From: Lytechinus pictus
Lineage: Eukaryota
Direction of reading: 5' to 3'
NCBI RefSeq assembly: GCF_037042905.1
Contig: NC_087250.1
Coordinates: 13,456,001 to 13,520,000, forward strand
Length of the DNA: 64,000 nt
The notes under the pieces are model-generated. The model did no database searches. It had not been told where the DNA came from and saw only the letters and a program-made list of their open reading frames with translations. The translations under genes and the position numbers were made by a program. Every line of letters begins with the position of its first letter. Position 1 is the first letter of the stretch. Positions 11,301 through 22,954 of this stretch are shown one piece after another.

Positions 11301-14300
11301 GCCTTTACACATTGGACCAAGTTACTTTATATACAATAAGGTATGGGAAAACTGTATATGCTCCTGTACTGGGATAAATTAATTTTCAGAATACACAGCT
11401 CTAGAAAACTTTTTGTTTTTAAAACGTGAGGGACACGACAACCAGTTTTGAAAACTTTAAAGATCTACTTTTTTCAGAAAACACTTCAGATAATTTTTTT
11501 TTTGTTATTTAGGAGTTAGATACAATACAGAGCTTGTATCTTGCCAACAAATATGCTTCTAATACAAATTTTATATTGTGATAGGCAATATGTGAATTTT
11601 AATGCAAAAATCAGCATTTTGTAACATTAAATTTCCCTTACACTAAATTCACTGTAATTCAAGACATAATGAATAATTTTATGTAACTGAAATGGAAAAA
11701 CATACTTTGAGATGTCTAGTTTCAAGAACCATTGAAGCCTACTGATTTCTAGCAAGTTTTAATTTTCATCCCCATGTCCACTTATGTTTGAAAATGACCA
11801 AATATAACTTTAAATCCTATGTCACCAAAAGTCGCTTTGATATCATGCTCATAATCAAAGCTGTTTTGAAAATAACTAATCTTCAGACTTACACAATTTC
11901 GATAACAATCTAATTGGTTTACAAAATAATGTGAAGAAAATGAAATTACATACTTTGTTCCAAAATACAGACTGTCAGCTATTAAAAGTTTAATCTAAAA
12001 TGGCCGATTTATTTACGAAAAGTAAATAACCATCCCTCTAAATTTGTCTAAACGTATTTCCCTAAAATCCTGTAAAGCAAGAAAAATACAGTGTACATGT
12101 ATGTCCTTTTCAAAATACAATAATATACACATGAATTCCTTCAGTCCAAAAGGGAATAAATAATACAAAGTCATGATATTCCAGGGTTGATTTAAAACAT
12201 AGATACATTCGGCTACAAACCTACAGTTATTTCTGGTTATTGGAGATCCTGTTGCCTGCCGCCTCCTAAAAGGATTACGTCAACCGCCGACAATCTGCCC
12301 AATCGAGCTCCAAAACAGCAAGAAGGTTGGGTAGAAATAATGGGGGAAAATATACGCTAACACTTTCCCTCTCATAAGCAGTCAGACCCCTTTTCCTTCG
12401 GTTGGCAAAACAGGACTTTCTCCAAAACCGGCGAGAATTGCTTCTGCCTACATTCGCTTTCTCTCCTTTCCACCACACATAAAATTGCGCCACCAATAAC
12501 AAATCCGACAAATCACGTTCCCGTCATAAAACCACATGACCACTTCTCGTTTGTTCACACTCAATTACCCCCTACATAGCAATGAAGAAAAGGAAAAATT
12601 CGATTGAATGGAATTAAAAGAAATTCATGCGAAAGCAGTAACAAATGCTTGCCTATTAACGGCGGGGCTCTTATAAAAGAACAGATATTTGATGCATTCG
12701 AAAACTTGCCTGGTAATTAAGGAGAAATCAAAAAGCTCTGGGTAAAGCAGTAAATACTTTAGTAAGGGGAGAAAAAAAAACTTCAGTGCATTTTATTTTG
12801 ACAATAACTTTCTTATTTTACATCCAATCTTGATGAAATTTTCAGTGTTGTGCTTGTTGGATTTTTCTCTATTTATTAAAATCAACTTTTTGTTGGGGTG
12901 GACTTGTCCTTTAAGCTCTAGTGTTACGAACCTCAGTTGGTGTTAACCGATAGTTTCGTGTGCAAGCTCCATCATTGATCTAGTCCAATCGTTGAATTGT
13001 TCTCAAATTTCATTTATTTTATTTTTGTTCAGTTTTCAAACAAGCTAACTTCTTCCAAAGGTCTCACTCTTTTCTATTCATTCCCTCTTCTTGCCCCCCT
13101 CCCTTCTTTAGATGGTATTGATGGAAAATATGAAACAACAATCCCAGCATGCATCACAGCATAAACAGGAAGTCAACCAGGCAGTGGATTCTGGGAAGCA
13201 GCCAGGACCCAACTCTGTGTAGGATATTTTCCGAGACTTTCAAGGGCATTAATTAGCGTGCATTTGTTCATGAGGGGAAAGAATTGGTGAAAACATTCAT
13301 GATAGACGTTCAACATGCTTGAGACTGACATTATACTGGCTTTCATAGAAGCCAAGGGATACAATACTTAGAATACAAAGAGCCTTATTTATTTTTTCTA
13401 TATATTTTGTTTCAACAAGACATTAATGATTAATGGGTTTGCATAATTTGTTAATCAAAAAGAGAAGTGAGAGTACTACTACTGCTAATAATCATAATAC
13501 CAACATGCTTACATAGCGCATATCATTGCCAAATGCGTCCCTATGCGCTATGAGTTAAGTAGAAAAAAATAATACTTTAATGTGATCTTAGACAAGTTTA
13601 GAATGCATGCCAATCTGCGTGCCTTTTTCAAGTTTCAAATTTCATAAAGGATTAATAGAAACAGCAGGGCCAGCTGAGACCAATTTTTCTGTTCCTCACG
13701 TGGCTACTCTGGGTAAATATACCATTATTATAATTATTGTTAATATTATCATCATCATCGTTAATATTATTCTGTGGAGCGGTGTGGCCCGGTGGATTAG
13801 TCTTCTGACTTTGAAACAGAGGGCCGTGGGTTCGAATGCCAGCCATGGCGTCATTTCCTTCAGCAAGAAATTTATCCACTTTGTGCTGCACTCAACCCAG
13901 GTGAGGTGAATGGGTACCAGGTAGGAAGAAATTCCTTGAATGCTTGAGCACCTAGGCAGCCCAGCTAAAGCCAGGGTAATAATAATAGCAGGGCCCGCTG
14001 GGAGAACAGTTTTCAGAACTGAAGTGGCTTCCCTTGGTAAATATACCTATATTATTATTATTATTATATATTCTCTTTCTTTTTATTATTATTATTATTA
14101 TCATCGTCGCCATGGTTTATTATTATTCCCATCCATTATTTTCAGGATCAATCTGTCCGTGGTGTGCTGTGGGGACAGGACAGATGAGACGGTCGTCATG
14201 TTGAAGACGGCTACCATTCTCACTCAACAAAACTTGCATTTTCATATCTTTGCTGAGGACGATCTACAGGCCGGTATTGCGCAGAGGGTAAGCTACCAGG

Positions 14301-17300
14301 GACAACCAAATGCACAGGGGCTTGGTTAGATTTTATCGCCGAGATGTTCAAAAGAGCGAAGGAAGATTAAAGGAAAAATGTGAAAACCCCCAGTTCTAAA
14401 CTCTTCACACAGTTCTCATGATTGTTAAGCCCAGCGCGCACTATGCGACGCGATTCCACCAAGTTCCGATTGCATCAAAATCGAAGAGTGTCCACCAACC
14501 TACAAGGCGCTGCAACTCTGACCCGCTTTGTTTTAGTACTGTAGTATCACAGACCAAATCTCAGACATTTGACGTGTCAAATCTCTCTGCGATTCTGCGA
14601 TTCGGATTTATCCTAGACGATGACGTCAAGGCCAATCTGCTGCCCTTCTGCTGCATAGACAACATACGTGCAAAAGGAGAGGCGCCATGAGATGCAACGC
14701 GCCGCATAGCTGTTGCAATGTGTGCGCTGGCCTGCAATCTGATTGCACTGAGATGGGATTGGCAACTTGTTGGAATCGGATCTTAGTGCAATAATAATAA
14801 TAAGACATTTATAATGCGCAAAACATATCCACCCTATTAGGGGTGCTCAAGGCGCTTACAATAAACTTCACTCACTACTGGTACAACTTATAATTTGGCC
14901 ATTAGATAAGTTTTCAAACTGGCCTTGAAATGCTCTACTGATCTACAGTCTTTTAGTTTACTTGGAAGCTTGTTCCATAGACGATGATCAGCTGATACAA
15001 ATGCGCGATCTCCCCATGACCGTCTGGTTTTTGGAATAGAAAGATTGAGAGTAGAAGTCTTAGAAGAGCGAAGACCAGAGCGACCAGGTTTGCGAAAATC
15101 AAGAAGAGATGAGATGTATTCTGGTTAAGAAAAGGTCAGCGCACGATCGCATCGCATAGTGTGCGCTGGGCTTTAAACTCAAACGAACATCCTGTATCTT
15201 GCTTATATCTATGTTGAAAGTGAAAATTTAGCTTAGTTGACCCAGCTGGTTGGTGTTGCTGTCATCTGATCCTTCTAACAGACCAATTCAATTCATTTAT
15301 TGTCATGTAATTTGCAAAAAAAACAAAAACATGAAAAGTGGCGTAAGACTTTTAAAAACTTGAACAGAAAAAGTGCATGGGAAAAGTATATCACAAGTCA
15401 CAAATAAATAAGTACATCAGAAACAGGAAAGAATACATTTGAATATTATACAAATATACCAGGCTTTGAGTAAGTATAGTGGGAATCATTTTCTAAGGTT
15501 GGACTGGCATTACTATTTTTCCGATCACACCGAGGGAAAAATAGTAATTTGGCCAGTACAACCATTATAAATAATTCCCTCTATACTTTCGAAATAAAGG
15601 CCATGTATACTTGTTTTACATCCTACATTTAATAAGGTAGAACAATAGTCTATCTACTCTTGTACACGTAGTTCATCTTTTCTAAATCTGAACTTAAATA
15701 TAGATAACGCGCTGCGCAGACTGATCTACTTTTCCCGAAACCACACGCTCAGCGGAACGCGGATCTGTGCCTGTAGAGTCAACTCGCTGACCGGTGTGCC
15801 AAAGAGATTGCATGATCTGTGTCAAAGATCTGTGACGTCATTGATGTCACGGGATATATGTTTGGTCACATGATGCAATTTAACCCTGTGTGCCTCCTTG
15901 AGCAGCCACAGCATGGCACTATTAACACACAGATCCACTGCATGGAACACAATTGCCACACACGGTGGAACCACGCAACCTTTACTCAAGCATGCAAACA
16001 GACACTAGATTTTATTTCATGGATATTCATGTGAGGGTGAACCAAGCCCCACCCCCTTATACTCCATCCCCTAGTCCAGATTGGATGCAGATGCATGGAA
16101 GCCTTCCCTCCCAAAGCCGACAATCCATACATACATGAAACCGTTGATTACATAGAACCAGTTTTAGGCTTTGGGAGTGATAAATTACATTATCATCTAT
16201 ATACTAGAGTGTTCTAGCGATGCATTAAAAACACATATTTTGGTCTGCATCAATTGCCTGTGCAATGTCAGAGCGTATCCCTAAAAAGGACCGAAATCCG
16301 ATTAATATTCTATAGGCTCCTGCACAAAATTTGCTATTGAATATGAGAGCTTATTCAACTATGAGAGCTTATTCAACAGTTCAGTGCGAATGCATGAAAT
16401 ATACAACGCGTGCAACAATGAAAGCAATGCGATGTGCAGCATAGAGCACAACTACGTACATCTGTACGCTCCATGACGTCATAATGAACTACAAGTCGCA
16501 TGTCTACGACCAGAAATGATCCTATGAAGTGATAATGGCATAAAGTGATAAGTTATATGACGTAATAAATCAAATTTCTCCCTTTTTTTTTGTTTGGGGG
16601 GGGGGGTGGGATAGATGATAATAATTATATCTGCGATTCGTGGAATATATTCCCGAACTCTTGGAATATTTCTTGTATTCCATTCTGAGCCATCCAATAT
16701 AATATAAATATTCAACTCTTATTACCTTCTAGTTGGACGCATGGCCTGCTGTTTACCGTCGCAAGATTCAATTTGACCTCCGCCCGATATCATTTCCACC
16801 CGGAGAAGACCCCGAGAAATGGAAAAAGGTCTTTAAGATGTGCGCCACCCAACGACTCTTTCTACCCGTAAGTGCACTTAAAGATAAATACCAGTCGTGA
16901 TAATGATCTCAAAACGAGTTTGAATAGAATCCAATAAAATGACCATCAAAGTGTTTGTATAGTATAAATTTGAAAAATATGTGCCAAATGGCTCTGGAAA
17001 AAGATAAATGTGTAATTGCTGAGAAATGGGCAAAATAAGCACGGAATTCCATAAAATGTCTGGTATTTTTCCAAACAGTATTAATACTCTGTCCCACATA
17101 TGCCTTTTTGTGTACAGTTAGTGATCATCAGAATTATTGGTTTTCAGCAAATATTTCATGATTTCACAACGCCAAGTTTATTTCCATGTACCAGAACTTG
17201 ATGTGATAATATCAGAGCTGCCAAGTAGTACGATTTTTCCGTATTTAGTACGTTTTTGCAACCAAAATACGGCAGTACGTTTTTTCTTTAAAAAATACGT

Positions 17301-20300
17301 TTTTTGTATTAAAAAAAAAAAAAAAAAATTATTATTTTTTTTTATTTTTTTTTTACAAAATCGAAATTTATTGAGAAAAATCATCTCTATATGTCTCTAT
17401 TTCATGAAACGTACACAAATATGGTTATTAGATCAATGTAATTTCAGGTAACTTGTTTTTTTTTCAATCATTTTGTAAAAATCAGGGTGAGATATACACA
17501 AGTTTCAATGTTTTTTTTTTTTTCATCTGCAAGAGCAGTGCACATTTTAGCTTGCATGCAGCTTGAGCGCCGTGATGGGCAAGTGCGCCAAGCATTTTAT
17601 TATGAAGTACACTTTTTTGGGGAAAAATACAAAATATTTATCTCACACGGTAAAAATACTGATTTTTTTGTCAAAATACTGATTTTGGGAGATAAGAATA
17701 CTGAAAATGCAAAATACAACTTGGCAGCTCTGTAATATGGTGGCATCAAACCTTGATTTTAAATACTTTATCATGAAATAGTTGTTTGCTGCAACTATCT
17801 TTTACATTTAAGGCCACAGCACACCTTGGTCCGCGACTCATTTTTGAATTAAAGTGTAGTAAAATTTTATGCTAATATTGAAACTTGGAATATCTTACCA
17901 TGTACATGTAATGTTGCAAATCATTGTACGAATATCTTTGTTCAAATCTGAGACTGCTCCTATAAAAGTTAATTTAATAGCTAGTCGTAATGACGCCATA
18001 GCAATCGTACGACTGGCTATGATTTGCAACTAATTTGGGCCTTACTCAAAATAAAGGTTTGCAATCATCTAAAATTGTTATGGTGGCATTTAACCTTGAT
18101 TTTAAAGACTTTATCATGAAATAATTGTTTGCTGCAACTACTTTCTTTTACCTTTAAAGCCACAGCACAGCACACCTTAATCTGCGACTCAATTATTAAA
18201 TAAAGCGCAGTAGAATTTGATGCTAATTTGAGACTTGGAATATCTTACCATTTAGTGTTGTTGTAAATCATTGTTCGAACACCTATGATAAAATTTGTGA
18301 CTTGCTCTCATCCTTATTATGATAAAAGTGATTTTAATATCTAGTCGTATTGATGTCATAGCAATCGTACGACTGGCTACGATTTGCAACTAACTTGGGC
18401 TTTACTCTGAAATAAAGGTTTGCAATTATCTAAAATTGTTGGTATTTTTCAGTTAATTTGAACCTCAAATAAAATGATACTTTTCACTCACTTTTTCAGA
18501 AAATGAGCGAAATATGATTTCTTCCAAAATTGGATCGTAGACCAGTCATAAGGTGTGCAGTGGCCTTTACAATTTTTATTTAATTTCCAATAACATTAAA
18601 CAAATCCACAAACGACGTCTTTTTCTTTTGTATTTATGTTTTTTTTTTTATACATATCGATTTATGATAACTACACTTTATTCAAGGAGATAAAAAAAAA
18701 ATCACAGGTGGTCAGAAGATTTTTAAAAATTAGGACTGTAATAGCACCGTTTGATTATTTGAAAGTGGTGATGTTTTCATAATGTTGAAATATCCACCCA
18801 GCACTACTATACTACATGCCCAGGGGGGCCAGTCAAATATATTGCTGTACACAAGCGTGACCAAAAAAAACGCGTATAAAGGGGCGGGTTTTTTTTTTTC
18901 AGTTTTGGACGCGGTCCGCGTGTGGACTCATTAAGGGTTTCAAAAACACTGATTTTTAAGAAAACGGGTGGCTTTGAAAAACTGGTCAGTAGTCAATCGC
19001 GGGGTCAAACGTATTTAGGGTATGTTTTTTCCCCAAAGCTTTTTTCTTTAAGACTAGCCAAACATGTTTTTAGGGTATGTTTTTTTTCCCAAGCCTTTTC
19101 CCAGAGGTCATATTTTGGCGACAACTTGTTTAGGGGCCAAAATCTGTAAATAAAGCCCGCAAAAAACTTGTTTAGGGGATTATTTTGCACACAGAGAAAA
19201 ACTCGTTTAGGGGGTGTTTGGAAATTCCTTGGTCACGCGTGTGGACAGCAATATATTTGACTGCCCCCCCCCCCCGGGACTACATGTACCTTGACCTTTG
19301 TATCATCTATAGGATCTCCTACCCCATGTCGATTCCTTGCTCTACGTGGATACAGATATCCTGTTTATTCGTCCGATAGAGGAGATTTATAGTTTCTTCA
19401 AGCAATTCAATTCTACACAGATGGCAGCCATGACCCCGGAGCACGAGGTCAAGAATATTGGATGGTATGTAGTAATAGAAAATTGCTGTTCATAGCAGTA
19501 GTAGTTGTGGTGGTAGTAGTAGTAATAGCAGCAGTAGCCATTGTCGTAGTAGTAAGTGGTGCAGGGGCAGATCGAACTTTCTCAAATAGGGGGGCCCGAA
19601 AAAAATTTCACCCATCAATATTTTCCCTGATCGGCCGCTGGAAGTTGATTTTTGTTTGTTTCTTTGAATGGGTATTCTGAATAGTCACTTCTTAGCTTTA
19701 TTTCGATAAAACAACAAATATATAATAATCTCATAAGCCTTATTTAAATAGTGCAAGCTCGAAGCACGAGCTAAATTTTTTTCGAAATTTTGTGTTTTTG
19801 TCCTAAAATTTGAACATTTTGGGCGATGTTTGTGATCCTGAACCAGATGTGTATGCAACTTAATGATTACTGCAAGCGCGAAGCGCAAGCAGAAATTGTT
19901 AATACACGTTTTGGTCTGATCGAAAAGCGACCTGTTGAGGACTGTTTGCAGTTAGCCATGGAGACGATACATATTTCAACAATCATATGCGAGCGCGAAT
20001 CACAAGCTGAAAATTTTTTACATAACCATTAAGAATGGTCATTCTAAGCACTTTTTGTATCATGAATAGAATAGGTATTGATGCGAGGGCAAAAATTGGA
20101 CTTTCTATTCATGTTTTGTAAATCATGAAAAGGATGAGTAATTTGGATTTATTACGTTGATAATGTGGGCGCAAAACGCAAGCATACAATTTTTGATCTT
20201 CTCATCTGAATCTGGATAATAATTCAAAGACCCAGACAGGACCCAAAAATGAAAATGACAAATCAAATACCAATCGAAAGTTTATAGACTACTAAATACA

Positions 20301-22893
20301 GCAATGTAAGCTTTATGCATTTTCACCGCTTAACAGCTGAGTATTTTGCTTAAGAACAGCTCCAATTATCAGGCTTAGAAAACAGGCTTTATTGTGCTTT
20401 TCACTGGCCTCGAGACCGTGACGTCACGTTGTGTGAGAAGTGTCGTGATTCCATAGTTTGTACACAGAAAAACTGGGTGATTTTTTTGCTTTCCAGATTA
20501 CGCATTTCATTTTCTTCACTTCTATCACAGAGTGATATCACATATATTTTTTCCTGTACGTCTGAATCGATGAAATGTACAGTTTTGGACTAGCTTTTGC
20601 CATATTTTATTTCCTGCTTATATGGCGCAGATTTCAATTCTATCTGCATTCAGATTATGTGTAACAACTTTTCCTGACATAGCAATTTAGGCCCAATACG
20701 AGCCAAACAAAAAAATCACAAAAAAGTAGTGAATAGTTGTAAGTTTCCCTCCATTTGAACTCTGAATAATTGGGACTGCCATTTTCATCTGAAAATGAAA
20801 AAAATATTGAATTCATAATCTGGAAATCAGAAAAATCACCCAGTTTTTTTGTACACAAACCTATGGAATCACGACCCTCCATACACAACATGACGTCATA
20901 ATTTTAATGCAACGTGGGGGTGCTCAATCGAAACAAGTTCAGGAGGAGCGATTTCTTTGATTTCTATTTAATTCTTTAACTAATGGAAGGAGATATATGT
21001 AATATTTTTGGTATATTTCTATTCTATGAATCATTACCTTTCTGTTGATGTGTGGTTGTTTTTACCCCGGTCAGGGTCTTTATAAGCTGTGAATTATCAT
21101 AAGTGCGTGTGTTTCAGATATAGACCTAGAAAATATTTGATATTCCGATCTGAAAAGGGTAAATTTAAGCCCAATTTCAAGCACTGTGTAGGAAAATTGT
21201 GAGATGGATATGGATAGCACTTAATAAAGAGCTGATGTTTTTTTAAATCATTATTTGATCTAGGTACGGGACATTCTAAGGACATTTTGTAATCATATGA
21301 AAATGATGGCTATCTTCCTATTTCTCTTCCTAAGCGTGAGATGAAACTTGTTGATACTCCATTATGAAAAAGGAATAATTTGATTATTAGGAATTCATGA
21401 AAATGTTATTAGCTTATTTATTAATCTAATAAGGATAATGAGAGTGCAAAATTTCTTCATAACATGGCCCGAAAACTGGACATTTTAAGCACTTTTTTAA
21501 TAATATGAATAGGATGCATGAGTTAGTATATTTTTAACAATAATTGAGAGTGTAACTCCTGAGCCAAATTTTTTGATAAAATGTCATGAAATGGGGATTT
21601 TAAGTAGTTTGTTATAGAATATTGAGATATACTCTTAACTCACCAAACAAAATGCGAACGTGCAGTGCTAGCTATTTCGTTTTGACAATCACACCTGAAA
21701 AGGGATATTTTGAGAACCTTATGGAATACACGAAAATAATTTTTTCTTTTTTGTTGTTTTGTTTGGAAGTCATAATGATAATATGATAGTTATAGCAAGG
21801 CTCCACATTAACTTTTTTTGGTGGTGGCCCGTTCGGGCCACCAAAACCTTCAAATAATTTTTTTTGGTGGCCCGATATTAAAGTTTGGTGGCCCGAAAAA
21901 TATAAAGAAAAACATTAAAAATGAATAAACGGGTATAAATGGTTTAACCACTGTCAAAAAAATGAAAGAAAATAATAAGACGGCAAAAAAAGTGTGAGAA
22001 AATTCCTTCCCTAAATTTGCCAAAATGTTGGAAAAATTCACATTTCATATTAATGAAATGCCTTCCCAAAGTATTTACTTTCTCAAGAGTTGTTTAAGAA
22101 GTCATTTATAAACAAGAAAGAAAGTAACTGTCTGTTTATTTTTGGCTAGAAAAGACCGGAAAAGACACAGCTACGAAAGAAACCAAGTAACAACATACAT
22201 ACAAATGCACATATGGGACTGTGATGTACTCACCTATGTGTTTTTATGTGTATTATTTTCATTTGGAAATCGGTCTTTTTGAGTCAAAAGAGAGTTTATG
22301 ATTCCTCTTTTTAATGCTTGCAAATAATCAGGATACACCAGATTTTAGCAAAAAGGTCTGTAGAAGGGCATTTCATTGGTGTAAAATGTGACTTTGACTT
22401 GGATTTTCACAGTTCTGTGGAAGATTTCTTAGCAGCAACATTTCGTATTGCAGCTCTCCGAGTCTGAATAGGCTGCTAACGCACAGCTGCCTCAAGCATG
22501 CAAAGCTCACGCCAGCCGGCCGCGCCGGCCGGATAAAAGCTACTTAATGCTATATAGCGGTAGGCCAACTTTGTGTGTGTGTTTGTGTGTAGATCAACAA
22601 AAAGGGCGCATGACGAACTGGCTTGCAATTTGAACTGTAGAAAGTTGATAAATGCGTGCAAAATGGGGAGAAAAATTGCGCTATTCTGAAAATTATTGGT
22701 TGCCCGATTCGGGCCACCAAAACTTAATATTTTTTCAATAATGGTTGCCCGAGGTGAATTTCTGGTGGCCAGGGCCACCGGGCCACCGCTAATGTCGAGC
22801 CTTGGTTATAGTGCAGTAAAGAGTAGTAATATTAGCTGTAAATGGTATTTACTCATAGTCATAGTGATAATATGATAGCTATATTAGTATACT

Positions 22894-22954
<61 letters not shown>

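Larger units (their letters stand above)
7633..12910. mobile_element. Kolobok-like MITE (family K1), interrupted by nested elements
   Basis: TIR AGGTCAAGTCCACCCC / GGGGTGGACTTGTCCT with TTAA on both sides; intact copy at 41262-41834. Confidence 0.85.

Noticed and set aside
13776..13850. Functional tRNA gene (also 58110-58187)
   Set aside because: A/B boxes are present, but there is no closing acceptor stem and the sequence runs into a SINE core and tail
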